A stretch of DNA of 64,000 nt from Actinomycetota bacterium (GTDB taxonomy: Bacteria; Actinomycetota; Acidimicrobiia; Acidimicrobiales; Ilumatobacteraceae). The position numbers and the translations under genes were made by a program. A model generated the notes under the pieces. It did not search any database. It saw only the letters and a program-made list of their open reading frames with translations, and had not been told where the DNA came from. The DNA lies in contig SXUP01000052.1 of the NCBI GenBank assembly GCA_005790505.1, forward strand, positions 2,490-66,489, given 5' to 3'. This document shows positions 8,692 to 22,172 of the stretch, one piece after another (position 1 is the stretch's first letter; each line of letters begins with the position of its first letter).

Positions 8692-9774
8692 ATGTCAATT
8701 GCTGCCATCGTTCTTGCCGCCGGTGAGGGAACGCGAATGAAGTCGGCTCGACCCAAGCCGTTACACCTCATCTGCGGTCGCCCAATGGTGTTGCATGTCA
8801 TTCATGCACTCGCGGGGCTTGACATTGAAAGAACGGTCGTTGTTGTTGGTCACGCAGCGGAACGAGTCACAAAGAAAGTACAAGAACAAGCGCCTGATTG
8901 GGCCAATGTTTCATTCGTTGAACAGCGGGTGCAGCGTGGTACTGGTGATGCCACGATTGTTGGGCTCGCATCTTTTTCCAATGACGACATTGATGACACA
9001 TCAACTGTGTTGGTGTTACCCGGCGATACTCCCCTCCTGCGGCCAGAAACAATTTCTGCTCTAGTTACAACACACGAAGAAAGCAGTAATGCCGCGACCC
9101 TCTTGTCGACCGTGGTTAATGACCCAAGTGGCTATGGACGCATAGTTCGAGGGCGCGAAGGTCAAGTTGCTCGGATTGTGGAACAAAAAGATGCCTCCCT
9201 TGAAGAAACCTCAATTACTGAAATCAACACCAGCATCTATGCCTTTAGGCGTGACTTGCTCGGGCCTGCGCTGCGTCGTATTTCAAACAATAATTCCCAA
9301 GCCGAGTACTACCTAACCGACATCGTGGAGGGACTCGCCAAAATGGGCCACCGAATCGGTTCCCTACAAGCGACCCCGAATGAGACGGCAGGCGTAAATG
9401 ATCGTTGGCAACTTGCGCTTGCCGAGGCCGAGTTGCGATCTCGCATCAACAAGAACTGGCTACTGCACGGTGTCACGATGCTTGATTCGCAACAAACTTT
9501 CATTGACGTGACAGTCGATATTGGGCGTGATGTGACGCTCTATCCGGGCACCATTTTGCAGGGAGACACCATCATCGGCGAGGGAAGCGAAATCGGTCCC
9601 AGCACACGACTCACGGACTGCGTGGTCGGCTTTGGTGCGATCGTCCAGAACACCGTGGCACGGGAATCCGAGATTGGACCTGGCGCAGTTGTTGGCCCCT
9701 TTGCCTCGTTGCCGCCGGGCAGTTGCGTGAACAAGGGCCAGCACACCGGCGCGTTCTACAATGGACAATCATGA
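8692..9774 (+). CDS. glmU: GlmU-like glucosamine-1-phosphate uridyltransferase with a truncated left-handed beta-helix (C-terminal acetyltransferase region absent)
   Basis: LAAGEGTRMKS, QRGTGDA, GYGRIV, EQKDA, EYYLTDIV, then hexapeptide repeats. It ends at ...KGQHTGAFYNGQS and the stop overlaps the prs start. Length is 360 aa versus about 456 in E. coli. Confidence 0.75.
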   Translation: MSIAAIVLAAGEGTRMKSARPKPLHLICGRPMVLHVIHALAGLDIERTVVVVGHAAERVTKKVQEQAPDWANVSFVEQRVQRGTGDATIVGLASFSNDDIDDTSTVLVLPGDTPLLRPETISALVTTHEESSNAATLLSTVVNDPSGYGRIVRGREGQVARIVEQKDASLEETSITEINTSIYAFRRDLLGPALRRISNNNSQAEYYLTDIVEGLAKMGHRIGSLQATPNETAGVNDRWQLALAEAELRSRINKNWLLHGVTMLDSQQTFIDVTVDIGRDVTLYPGTILQGDTIIGEGSEIGPSTRLTDCVVGFGAIVQNTVARESEIGPGAVVGPFASLPPGSCVNKGQHTGAFYNGQS

Positions 9775-10778
9775 GTCCTTCACCGCTTGAAAAAGTTACA
9801 ACCAAGCGGATGTCTTTGTATACGGGTCGCACCCACCCAGCCTTGGCAGCAGAGGTCGCCAAACACCTTGACATCAGACTCGGTGATGCCCATATTGCAG
9901 AGTTTGCCAACGGTGAATTACGCCCACGTTTTGGAGAAAGTATTCGTGGCGGGGATGTATTTATTATGCAAACTCATTTTGGTATCGATGGTCGGTCGAT
10001 TAACGACTCAATCATGGAACAACTAATCATGATAGATACGGCATATCGCGCATCTGCCAAACGCATCACTGCGGTCTGCCCGTTTTATGGCTATGCCCGA
10101 CAGGATCGAAAAGCAGAAGGACGCGAGCCAATCACTGCTCGCCTGATAGCGGACATGTTCAAAGCTGCCGGGGCAACGCGAATGGTTTCGCTTGACTTGC
10201 ACAGCGGACAGATTCAAGGTTTTTTTTCAGGTCCCGTCGACCATCTCACGGCATTACCAGTGCTCGAAGACTATGTTCGCAAAAATGCGGATCAGGATGT
10301 CGTCATCGTGTCTCCAGATGCTGGTCGAGTCAAAGTTGCTGAGCGTTTCGCTCAGCACTTGTCGGACAAAAACGCCGATGTCGCGTTCATCAACAAGCGC
10401 CGACCAAAGGGAACAACTAATGTTGCCGAAGCCAAAGAAGTAGTCGGAGACGTCGAAGGCCGTTTATGTATTTTGGCTGACGACATGATTGATACTGGTG
10501 GAACAATTGTGTCGGCATCCGAACTCTTGTTGGCGCGCGGAGCCAAAGAGGTGTGGGCGATGGCTACTCACGGAGTTCTCTCGGGTCCAGCAGTCGAGCG
10601 GCTTGAAAAGTCCTCGATCAGTCGTGTTGTTTTGACCAACACTCTGCCCCTCGATACGGACAAAGTTTTCACCAAATTAGAAGTGCTCTCCGTGGCCAAG
10701 ATCATTGCCGAAGCCCTCTCGGCGGTTTTTGATGAGACCAGTGTTAGCGACCTGTTCGGCGGAGAAAACCAGTCCTGA
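9771..10778 (+). CDS. prs: ribose-phosphate pyrophosphokinase
   Basis: LYTGRTHPALAAEVA, YARQDRK, DLHSGQIQGFF, LADDMIDTGGT. Start set at the ATG at 9771 (ATGA overlap with glmU). Confidence 0.9.
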   Translation: MSPSPLEKVTTKRMSLYTGRTHPALAAEVAKHLDIRLGDAHIAEFANGELRPRFGESIRGGDVFIMQTHFGIDGRSINDSIMEQLIMIDTAYRASAKRITAVCPFYGYARQDRKAEGREPITARLIADMFKAAGATRMVSLDLHSGQIQGFFSGPVDHLTALPVLEDYVRKNADQDVVIVSPDAGRVKVAERFAQHLSDKNADVAFINKRRPKGTTNVAEAKEVVGDVEGRLCILADDMIDTGGTIVSASELLLARGAKEVWAMATHGVLSGPAVERLEKSSISRVVLTNTLPLDTDKVFTKLEVLSVAKIIAEALSAVFDETSVSDLFGGENQS

Positions 10779-10832
10779 ATTGATGCCCTGATGGGTGACG
10801 GTTTTTGTCTTGTCCCCCTAGACTTCTAAGCC

Positions 10833-11477
10833 GTGTCAAATACAACAGTTCTCAACGCCGTTACTGGTCGCGCCACTGGCAGTGCAGTCGCCCGACGTCT
10901 GCGCACCAAAGACAGCATTCCTGCCGTTTTATACGGTCACGGAATGAAAGCATTGACGATCAGCGTTGATCGGCGCGAACTGCGCCTCGCACTCTCGGGT
11001 CCTGCTGGCGTAAACACCATCTTGCAGCTCTCTGTTGACGGCAACACCTATCCCGCCATTGTCAAGGAACTGCAACGCCACCCTGTTCGTCGCAATGTAA
11101 GTCATATCGACTTCTTGCAAATCAATATGAGTGAAGAAATTACCGTTTCTGTTCCTGTTCGCCTTGAGGGAATTGCCAAGGCAGTTGTTGCCGAAGGCGG
11201 TCTCGTAGATGCGGCTGTTGACTCGATTGAATTGCGCACGACCCCTCTTAACTTGCCAAATGAGATCGTTATTGACATTTCAGATATGCATCCTCACGAT
11301 GTCATCCACCTCTCTGACATTGCGTTGCCAGCAGGAGTTGTAGCAGTCGGTGATGCAGACCTCGTGATTGTCACTGTCCTTGTTCTGCGCGGAGAGGCGA
11401 CTGTTGTTGCTGCTGTTGCCGCCGACGGTGCCGATCCTGCTGCCGTGGCTACCCCCGCAGACGGTGCATCCTCGTAA
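10833..11477 (+). CDS. rplY: 50S ribosomal protein L25/general stress protein Ctc
   Basis: RRLRTKDSIPAVLYGHG..., QRHPVRRNVSHIDF, and an Ala/Val-rich C-terminal tail. GTG start. Conserved prs-rplY-pth order. Confidence 0.85.
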   Translation: MSNTTVLNAVTGRATGSAVARRLRTKDSIPAVLYGHGMKALTISVDRRELRLALSGPAGVNTILQLSVDGNTYPAIVKELQRHPVRRNVSHIDFLQINMSEEITVSVPVRLEGIAKAVVAEGGLVDAAVDSIELRTTPLNLPNEIVIDISDMHPHDVIHLSDIALPAGVVAVGDADLVIVTVLVLRGEATVVAAVAADGADPAAVATPADGASS

Positions 11478-11522
11478 GTACGGGACCACTGACACTTAAC
11501 CATCAAAGCGTAGGTTTGTTCC

Positions 11523-12131
11523 ATGGCCTTTCGTCGCTCACTATCTAGCCCTGAGAACATTCGGCGCTTCATCATCGTTGGCCTCGGTAATCCGGGCAAA
11601 AAATACGCCCACACTCGACACAATATTGGCCAGGACGCTGTTGAAATGCTGGCTTTACGAGCGACGTCAAAATTGAAATCAACGCGAGACCGCGCGCTCG
11701 TTGCTGAAACTCATTTTGAAACCACACCAGTTGTTTTGGCAGTACCACTTACATTTATGAATGACTCTGGCGAAGCCGTCGGGCCGTTGTGTCGTCGATT
11801 CAAAATTGCTGACATGACCAAAATAATTATCATCCACGATGAACTCGATCTAGAGCCAGGAGTGGTACGCATCAAACAGGGTGGCGGACTTGCAGGCCAC
11901 AACGGACTCGCGTCCATCTCTCATCACCTGAAAACCAATGACTACATTCGAATTCGAATTGGAATCGGAAAACCTGACAGCAAAGAGCAGGGTGCCGACC
12001 ACGTTCTAAATCGAGTACCGACTGCAGAACGTAAAATTTTTGATGTTGCTGTTGCTGTTGCCGCGGATGCTGCAGAAATCATCGTCACAAGTGGTCTAGA
12101 CGTTGCCATGCAGCGCGTCAACGTGCGATAA
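11523..12131 (+). CDS. pth: peptidyl-tRNA hydrolase
   Basis: IIVGLGNPGKKYAHTRHNIG, MNDSGEAV, GGGLAGHNGL. Confidence 0.9.
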   Translation: MAFRRSLSSPENIRRFIIVGLGNPGKKYAHTRHNIGQDAVEMLALRATSKLKSTRDRALVAETHFETTPVVLAVPLTFMNDSGEAVGPLCRRFKIADMTKIIIIHDELDLEPGVVRIKQGGGLAGHNGLASISHHLKTNDYIRIRIGIGKPDSKEQGADHVLNRVPTAERKIFDVAVAVAADAAEIIVTSGLDVAMQRVNVR

Positions 12132-12133
12132 CG

Positions 12134-15100
12134 ATGCGCCTCCTTGACCTTGCTGTCTTGGCGCGCACGGAGCCTGCTCTTGCCAGTATCGCTGGCCAAA
12201 AATCTGCGCTAATCGCAGTGCCCGAGGGTGCTAGACCATTGATTTTGGCTGCACTTGGCCACACGACATCACGACATCCCATCGTGATTGCCGCACCCAC
12301 CGGAACAGCAGCACGCGAGATCTATGCAGACATGAGAAACTTTGTAGATCCCGATGACATTGTGCTTTTCCCGGCATGGGAAACATTGCCGTTTGAACGA
12401 GTGAGCCCCAGTATCGACACGATGGGCAAAAGGATGGAGGTTCTGTGGCGCTTACGAACACCATCTCGAAGTCCCAAGTTTATTATCACCGGCGTCCGTG
12501 CATTACTTCAAAAGCTTGCTCCCAATGCCAACAACGTTGATCCAATTACAGTGCGGAGGTCCGATAATTGTGACATTGACTCGTTGTGTGAACAACTCGT
12601 TCATTGCGGATACCGACGCGAAACACTTGTCGAACATCGTGGCGAATTTGCCCGCCGTGGAGCAATAGTTGATGTGTTCCCCAGCACGATGGATGAACCA
12701 ATCCGTATTGACATGTGGGGCGACGAAATTGATCGCTTGACCCATTTCACGGTGAATGACCAACGCAGCACGGACGACGTTGAGCATGTAGAAATTTTTC
12801 CTGCGCGAGAACTCTTGCTGGCAGATGATGTGCGTGCACTGGCTGCCACGTTGGTCGGAACCGAACCCTGGGGACGCGAACAGTGGGAGCGCCTGGCAGA
12901 GGGTCAGACATTTGACGGTATGGAAAGTTGGTTGCCGTGGCTCGTAACAAAGCAGACGCTGTTGACTGATTTCTTGTCCGACGACGCATTAATGGTGCTC
13001 ATCGAGCCACGCCGCATGATCGACAGAGCGCGCGATTTACTAGCCGAAGAAGACGACTTGGCCAGGGCCCTTGCCCAATCGTGGGCTCGTGACGCAACAG
13101 TGGAGTTTCCGCGACTACACACCGAACCAGAGCGCCTGTTGTCTGAAGGAATGCGCTTCCCAACTATAAATATCACTACAACCCCTGAGTCACCAATGTC
13201 GCCCTCTGTCTCGGCAAGTGGATGGGGAGCCATTGGCGGTCCAGAACCAATCGCGCGGCGCATCAATGAGTTACTCGCAGACAAATGGAGCATCATCGTG
13301 TTGGCAGAAACTCAGGCGACGGTTGATCGTCTTGTTGACATGATGCGAGAGCACGGTCTCGATTTCACGGCTGCATCAGCAAACACAGATCTCACAAAAC
13401 CAGGTGCCTACGTTGTGCACGCAATCATGGGAAGGGGAATCTCACTTACAAACATCAAACTCGCACTGATCACCGAGGGCGACCTCACTGGTCGGCGTCG
13501 TGGACGACGCGAGCAACTGGCAAAAAATTCAAAGAAGCGCAGTGCTGTCACCGTTTTTGAAGATCTTCAACCTGGTGGATACGTGGTACATCAACATCAT
13601 GGCGTTGGTCGCTACGAGGGAATGGTCACTCGCAGTATCAGTGGCGTCGAAAGAGATTATTTGTTACTTGCCTACAAAGGTGGTGACAAGCTGTATGTGC
13701 CTACCGATCAGATTGACTCGGTTCGTCAATACATTGGTGGCGAGTCACCTACGCCACATCGCCTCGGTGGAATTGATTTCGCTCGCGCCAAATCACGAGT
13801 TCGCTCAGCAGTCCGCGCCGTTGCCCAGGAACTCGTCGTTTTGTATCAACGCCGAGTCACCGCTAAGGGGCACGCATTTGCTGCCGACACCCCGTGGCAG
13901 TCCGAAATGGAGTCAGCATTCCCGTTTGTCGAGACTCCCGACCAACTGACGGCTATCACCAACATCAAATCAGACATGGAACAAGACATTCCCATGGATC
14001 GATTGTTGTGCGGAGATGTTGGTTTTGGAAAGACTGAAGTGGCAATTAGGGCAGCCTTTAAGGCCATTCAGGACGGCAAACAAGTTGCTGTTTTGGTGCC
14101 CACCACGCTGCTTGCAACGCAACACGGCGTTACCTTCAGCGACCGCTTTGCTGGTTACCCAATTCGCGTGGAGGTTTTGTCTCGCTTCTTGACCAATGCA
14201 ATGGCAAAAAAAGTGATCACCGGCCTAAAGACGGGTGAAGTTGACTGCGTCATCGGAACTCATCGCCTACTTCAAGAAGGCATCCGCTTCAAGGATCTCG
14301 GACTGTTGATTGTTGATGAAGAACAGCGCTTTGGAGTGCAACACAAAGAGGCGATGAAGCGAATGCGTACAGATGTCGATGTGTTGACGATGTCAGCAAC
14401 ACCAATCCCCCGCACACTCGAAATGAGCCTCGTTGGAATTCGGGATCTCTCGTTGCTTCAAACACCACCAGCAGACCGTCAACCAATCTTGACCTACGTG
14501 AGCGAGGACAACGAAAGAGTCGCCATTGAGGCACTGCGTCGCGAACTTCTGCGCGAGGGTCAAGTTTTTTGGGTTCATAACAGGGTGAAATCCATCCAGG
14601 AACGCGCTGCTGAACTTCGCGAACTTGTTCCGGAGGCGCGCATTGCTGTTGCTCACGGCCAAATGGACGAAGGCACCCTTGAGCAAGTTGTTCTTGATTT
14701 TTGGAACCACGAATATGATGTGCTGGTCTGTACCACGATTATCGAGAGTGGAATCGATATGCCCACAGTCAACACCCTGGTGGTCGAACGTGCCGACCTT
14801 TTGGGACTTGGTCAACTTCATCAATTGCGTGGTCGAGCCGGGCGCAGTGGTCAACGTGCATACGCCTATTTGTTTCACCCCCAAGACAAAATCCTTTCTG
14901 AAGATGCGTACGAACGTCTGCGCACAATAGGTGAGGCGACCGACCTTGGTAGTGGTTTCAAAATTGCAATGCGCGACTTGGAAATTCGTGGTGCCGGAAA
15001 CTTGCTGGGTGAAGCTCAAAGTGGTCACATCGCCGCTGTTGGATATGACCTTTATTGCCAAATGGTGACAGAGGCGGTTGCAGAAATGAAAGGTGAAGTT

Positions 15101-15547
15101 GCCCCACCTCGCTTTGAACTCAAAATCGATATTCCAGTTGATGCACATTTGCCACACGACTATGTGCCGAGTGAAGAACTTCGGCTCGAGGCATATCGGC
15201 GCCTGGGGGACGTGACGACCATTCTTGAGGTCAATGACATCGAGCAGGAATGGATTGATCGTTTTGGTCCGTTGCCACTCCCCGCCTCTCGATTATTACA
15301 AGTAGCAACCTTGCGTGCGGAGTGCCATAGGTGTCAGTTCACAGAACTCGTCGTCAACAATCGCGAAATTCGAATTTCTCCCGTCCAACTGCGTGCAAGC
15401 CAGACGATGACGCTTAAGCGAATCTCTCCGAGCGCAAACTTTCGGGAAACTCAAAGACAACTTCTGCTGCCCCTCCCAAACAATATTGACATTACAACGC
15501 ATCTTATTTCTTTAATAAACGAGTTATTTGAGCCCGCAGACCACTAA
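12134..15547 (+). CDS. mfd: transcription-repair coupling factor Mfd
   Basis: 1137 aa. CarD-like [14 protein letters not shown], helicase Walker [19 protein letters not shown], and [13 protein letters not shown]. Confidence 0.95.
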   Translation: MRLLDLAVLARTEPALASIAGQKSALIAVPEGARPLILAALGHTTSRHPIVIAAPTGTAAREIYADMRNFVDPDDIVLFPAWETLPFERVSPSIDTMGKRMEVLWRLRTPSRSPKFIITGVRALLQKLAPNANNVDPITVRRSDNCDIDSLCEQLVHCGYRRETLVEHRGEFARRGAIVDVFPSTMDEPIRIDMWGDEIDRLTHFTVNDQRSTDDVEHVEIFPARELLLADDVRALAATLVGTEPWGREQWERLAEGQTFDGMESWLPWLVTKQTLLTDFLSDDALMVLIEPRRMIDRARDLLAEEDDLARALAQSWARDATVEFPRLHTEPERLLSEGMRFPTINITTTPESPMSPSVSASGWGAIGGPEPIARRINELLADKWSIIVLAETQATVDRLVDMMREHGLDFTAASANTDLTKPGAYVVHAIMGRGISLTNIKLALITEGDLTGRRRGRREQLAKNSKKRSAVTVFEDLQPGGYVVHQHHGVGRYEGMVTRSISGVERDYLLLAYKGGDKLYVPTDQIDSVRQYIGGESPTPHRLGGIDFARAKSRVRSAVRAVAQELVVLYQRRVTAKGHAFAADTPWQSEMESAFPFVETPDQLTAITNIKSDMEQDIPMDRLLCGDVGFGKTEVAIRAAFKAIQDGKQVAVLVPTTLLATQHGVTFSDRFAGYPIRVEVLSRFLTNAMAKKVITGLKTGEVDCVIGTHRLLQEGIRFKDLGLLIVDEEQRFGVQHKEAMKRMRTDVDVLTMSATPIPRTLEMSLVGIRDLSLLQTPPADRQPILTYVSEDNERVAIEALRRELLREGQVFWVHNRVKSIQERAAELRELVPEARIAVAHGQMDEGTLEQVVLDFWNHEYDVLVCTTIIESGIDMPTVNTLVVERADLLGLGQLHQLRGRAGRSGQRAYAYLFHPQDKILSEDAYERLRTIGEATDLGSGFKIAMRDLEIRGAGNLLGEAQSGHIAAVGYDLYCQMVTEAVAEMKGEVAPPRFELKIDIPVDAHLPHDYVPSEELRLEAYRRLGDVTTILEVNDIEQEWIDRFGPLPLPASRLLQVATLRAECHRCQFTELVVNNREIRISPVQLRASQTMTLKRISPSANFRETQRQLLLPLPNNIDITTHLISLINELFEPADH

Positions 15548-15557
15548 AGTCGCTCCG

Positions 15558-16471
15558 GTGAAACTCGATAAACTCTCTCCTCTGCACTGCGCAATGTTGA
15601 TTGCCACCACTCTTGGCCTGACTGGACTAAGTGCCTGTAGTGCCGTCTCGCAATCAAAGAATGTTCTGACCGTCAACAAGACTAATTACACCGTCTCGCA
15701 ATTCGAGAAACTGTCAAGAGAATTGATTGAGACCAAGCAATTAGAGTCAGCAACTGGCCAGATTTCGGGTACAGATTCAAAGAATGTGCTTTCTGCACTC
15801 GTGCGTTTTATCGCCTACAATCAATTCCTTGCGGCTAATGGCGAGTCAATTACCGATCTTGATAGAAAGACCGTTACCGATACAATAAAAGCAGATGACC
15901 CCTATTTCACGTGGTCTCCAGAACTACAACGTCTCTCCGTTGATCTCGGCGTTGCCCAAACTGCTCTCGCTCGTGTCAAAACACCAGACGTCAAAACCCT
16001 TGAAAAAATGTATTCCACGAGCGCTGCATTATCCGGGGCATTGTGCCTTCAACAAATTGTTTTGAGAACTGAGTCCGAGGCGCGCAGCATTTTGAAACAG
16101 ATTGAAGACGGTAGTGATTTTGTCACATTGGCCAAAAAGTTTTCGATTGAACCTGGCGCAAAAGAGACTGGTGGCGCACTCAAGATTAATTCTAACGATT
16201 GTGTTCCGCTTGTTGATTTGCTCGGCGGTCTCGAGCCATCTTTGACTAAGGCTGCTCTCGCCGCCAAAGCTGGTGTCGCAAACGGTCCAGTAAAGTCGTC
16301 ATTGGGATATCACGTCCTTATGAATAGACCATTTTCTGAAATCCAAGAGGCGTTGCTGGCAACGTTAAACGATGACCCAGGATCACGCCTTGCGATTGGA
16401 TACCTTTTGTCAATGGATGTCAATGTCAATCCCAAATTCGGCACCTGGAACCCGACGCTGGGCAAGGTCGA

Positions 16472-16475
<4 letters not shown>
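15558..16475 (+). CDS. lipoprotein with a PpiC/parvulin-type peptidyl-prolyl isomerase domain
   Basis: Signal peptide plus lipobox LTGLSAC. Parvulin-like C-terminal region ...QQIVLRTESEARSILKQIEDGSDFVTLAKKFS...GYHVLM. Start is uncertain: GTG at 15558 is preferred because the track ATG at 15528 overlaps mfd. Confidence 0.6.
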
Positions 16476-19221
<2,746 letters not shown>

Positions 19222-19244
19222 GGCGCATCGCTTTTGCCGAACAA

Positions 19245-19727
19245 GTGTTCGTATTCCAAGGTTTTCCACAGCCCGCACGCCACACTTATGTGGTGAACTT
19301 GTTGAGTACATCGCGCCTTCCAAGTCGCCCATTGCAGATTGTGCGTCGGGTCGTTGGTGGCGCAGTCGTTGTGGTGGGCCTGACAACGCTCGTCGCCACA
19401 CTTTTTGTGCTTCCTTTGCGTGACTATTTTCACCAAAAAGAGGCAATTGCACAGCAGAAAATTCGATTTGAAGCACTCGCCGACGCCAACGAAAAACTGT
19501 CGCTTGACATCAATCGACTAAAAACGACTGATGGCGTCATCGCTGCCGCCCGCTCCGAATTGGGTTATGTATTCCCTGGCGAACAACGAATACAACTGCT
19601 CCCCATGCCTGCGCTGCCGACAACCCTGCCTCAAGCATGGCCGTACAACCTTGTGGCAGACATTCTGCTCGTACGGGCTTCAACGTCTGGGGCTCCCTGG
19701 GCTGGACTCGCGCCGCTCGCACCTTAA
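19245..19727 (+). CDS. FtsB/DivIC-family septum formation initiator-like protein
   Basis: One transmembrane helix (VVGGAVVVVGLTTLVATLFVL) followed by a coiled-coil segment ...QKEAIAQQKIRFEALADANEKLSLDINRLKT...IAAARSELGYVFPGE. Position after eno matches Rv1024. Exact start is uncertain. Confidence 0.6.
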   Translation: MFVFQGFPQPARHTYVVNLLSTSRLPSRPLQIVRRVVGGAVVVVGLTTLVATLFVLPLRDYFHQKEAIAQQKIRFEALADANEKLSLDINRLKTTDGVIAAARSELGYVFPGEQRIQLLPMPALPTTLPQAWPYNLVADILLVRASTSGAPWAGLAPLAP

Positions 19728-19773
19728 AATCCTGCGACCAATTTTGAGATGGCTTCTTCACGCGACGGTTTTG

Positions 19774-19795
19774 CTCGCTATTGTCATCTAGCGAG
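19774..19795 (+). terminator. hairpin (7-bp perfect stem, 8-nt loop) after the ftsB-like gene, with no U-tract
   Basis: ctcgcta-ttgtcatc-tagcgag, read directly. Its function as a terminator is unproven. Confidence 0.2.
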
Positions 19796-19836
19796 ATCAA
19801 GTGATCTCCAAATATCACCGACATCGGGGGTTTTTT

Positions 19837-22125
19837 ATGGGTGGAAGCATTCTTGGTAACCGTGTTCTTCGCAAAGAGGATCCGAAATTCCTGACCGAAG
19901 GGGGCAAGTACGTTGATGACCTACTTGACGAGCCATTATTGGCCAATGCTTTACACGTAACCTATGCCCGTAGCACCGTGGCTCACGGCAAAATAAATTC
20001 AATAGATGTTTCCGAGGCAAGTCAAATGGATGGCATCGTGGCAATTTTTACTGGTGCAGATCTTGATCTTCAGCAGGTTCCATCGGCATTCAACCCGATG
20101 GCCACCCGCACTCTTCTTGCGACCGACAAGGTTCGTTATGTCGGCGAACCAGTCGTTGCCATTGTTAGTGAAACGCGCAGTCAGGGCGAAGACGCTTTAG
20201 ACGCGATCATTATTGATTACGACGTATTGCCTGCTCTTATCGACCTTGAAAAGGCAATGGCAAGTGATCTTCATTTGTATGAAGCTTGCGGCAGCAATGT
20301 TGTGTTTGACACGATGGTGTTGGGTCTTCCCGATAATACCGGTGAGGCCTATTTTGCTGATTGCGAAGTAGTTGTCAAGGGTCGTTTTATGAATCAGCGA
20401 GTTGCGCCGTGCCCGCTCGAAGTTCGGGGTGCCGCGGCTTCTTGGGGTGAAAATGGACGACTTACTCAATGGCTCTCCACGCAACATGCACAGGGTGCTG
20501 TGGCACCAATTGCCGCAGCTAACGGAGTCGAAGAGGCACTGATTCACGTCAAAACTCCTGATGTGGGTGGTGGCTTCGGAGCCAAGATTGGTGCATACCC
20601 CGAAGAATTGTTGCTGGGTCCAATTGCTAAGCGCGTTGGAAAGCCTGTGCGCTGGCGTGAAACTCGTTCTGAGTCGATGGTGGCTCTTGGGCATGGCCGT
20701 GCACAGTTGCAGTATGTAACTATCGGCGGCAATCGTTCGGGCAAAGTCACCCACTATCAGTTGTGGGCAATCCAAGATTCTGGTGCGTGGGTCGACATGG
20801 GGACCATCTTGGCTCCTTTCATGACTCGTCCGATGTCGTCTGGCGTTTATGACATTCCAAATATTGAATGCCGTACAACCTCGGTCGTTACGAACACCAC
20901 TCCGATTGTCGCCTATCGGGGGGCTGGTCGTCCCGAGGCAACGGCTGCAATCGAACGCGCAATGGACATGTTCGCAGCAAAGATTGGGATGGATCCCGCC
21001 GAAGTCCGCCGGATAAATCTGATTCCAAAGTTTCTCGAGCCACACACAACTGTTGTTGGACAAACCTACGACGTCGGTGACTACGAGACATCACTAAACA
21101 AGGCTCTTGAAGTTTCTGACTACGCCGGTTGGCGCGAAAAACAAAAAGCCGCTCGGGCGAGGGGTGACGTCAAACAACTCGGCATCGGTGTGAGCATTTA
21201 CGTGGAAATTACCGGAGGCGTCGGTAACGGCGAGGCAGCCAAAGTTGAAATTCTTGACAATGGGCATGCACTTATTTACACGGGTACATCTCCTCACGGT
21301 CAGGGTCACGCCACGGCGTGGGCGATGTTGGCAAGTGAGCAAACAGGAATCCCGATGGAAAAAATTGACCTCGTGTGGGGTGACACAGACCTAGTGCCAG
21401 TGGGAACCGGAACAATGGGCTCACGCTCGTTGCAACAAGGTGGCAACGCCGTCTTTGCAGTTTCGGCAGAACTTGTAAATAAAGCCAAGGCAGTTGCCGC
21501 CAGATTGCTCGAAGCAAATGAAGCAGACATTGTTCTCGATAAAGACTCGGCTGCATTTCATGTTGCTGGTACGCCAGCGTTGACAAAAACTTGGTCTGAA
21601 TTGGCTCAGGCTGAAAAATCAGTCGGAGGGGCCCTCTCTCACTCTGATGTCATCGGTGTAACTGGTGCGACATTTCCCTTTGGTGCTCACGTTGCCATTG
21701 TTGAAGTCGACACGGAGACAGGCAAAGTAACTCACTTGCGTCACTTTGCCTGCGACGACGCGGGACGAGTTCTCAATCCACTGCTCCTCGAAGGACAAAT
21801 TCATGGTGGTGTTGCTCAAGGAACTGCACAAGCGCTGTTAGAAGAAGTGGTCTACGACACCGACGGAAACCCTACAACTTCCAACTTGATGGACTACGCA
21901 TTCATTTCGGCGGCTGAACTTCCAAGCATCGATGTCATTCACATGGAAACACCGACTCCCCTCAACCTGCTCGGAGCAAAGGGCATCGGCGAATCAGGCA
22001 CGATTGGATCCACTCCAGCAGTGCAGTCCGCAGTAATTGATGCCGTCTCCCATTTGGGTGTTGACCACATTGATATGCCGACTACTCCTCAACGAGTGTG
22101 GGAAGCGATTGTCGCCGCAAACTAA
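19837..22125 (+). CDS. molybdopterin-binding large subunit of a xanthine dehydrogenase/CO dehydrogenase family enzyme (form II CoxL-like)
   Basis: GNRVLRKEDPKFLTEGGKYVDD N-terminus. Active-site loop AYRGAGR (20911-20931) instead of the form I VAYRCSFR. Length about 762 aa. Start set at the ATG at 19837, preceded by GGGGG. Confidence 0.85.
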   Translation: MGGSILGNRVLRKEDPKFLTEGGKYVDDLLDEPLLANALHVTYARSTVAHGKINSIDVSEASQMDGIVAIFTGADLDLQQVPSAFNPMATRTLLATDKVRYVGEPVVAIVSETRSQGEDALDAIIIDYDVLPALIDLEKAMASDLHLYEACGSNVVFDTMVLGLPDNTGEAYFADCEVVVKGRFMNQRVAPCPLEVRGAAASWGENGRLTQWLSTQHAQGAVAPIAAANGVEEALIHVKTPDVGGGFGAKIGAYPEELLLGPIAKRVGKPVRWRETRSESMVALGHGRAQLQYVTIGGNRSGKVTHYQLWAIQDSGAWVDMGTILAPFMTRPMSSGVYDIPNIECRTTSVVTNTTPIVAYRGAGRPEATAAIERAMDMFAAKIGMDPAEVRRINLIPKFLEPHTTVVGQTYDVGDYETSLNKALEVSDYAGWREKQKAARARGDVKQLGIGVSIYVEITGGVGNGEAAKVEILDNGHALIYTGTSPHGQGHATAWAMLASEQTGIPMEKIDLVWGDTDLVPVGTGTMGSRSLQQGGNAVFAVSAELVNKAKAVAARLLEANEADIVLDKDSAAFHVAGTPALTKTWSELAQAEKSVGGALSHSDVIGVTGATFPFGAHVAIVEVDTETGKVTHLRHFACDDAGRVLNPLLLEGQIHGGVAQGTAQALLEEVVYDTDGNPTTSNLMDYAFISAAELPSIDVIHMETPTPLNLLGAKGIGESGTIGSTPAVQSAVIDAVSHLGVDHIDMPTTPQRVWEAIVAAN

Positions 22126-22172
22126 AGCGGTGCGATAACCATTTATCGTTTAGCAACTGTAAGAATAAAGGT

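Noticed and set aside
20197-21063. A 288-aa ORF antisense to the CoxL-like gene. Similar long antisense ORFs occur at 14393-15157 (in mfd), 22677-23273 and 23833-24432 (in the ABC genes), 7102-7602 (in rsmA) and 40755-41288 (in a crotonase).
   Set aside because: Each is fully contained in a gene with strong family motifs on the other strand and has no motifs or RBS of its own. Long shadow ORFs are expected opposite genuine genes. Overlapping coding is not excluded, but nothing in the sequence supports it.
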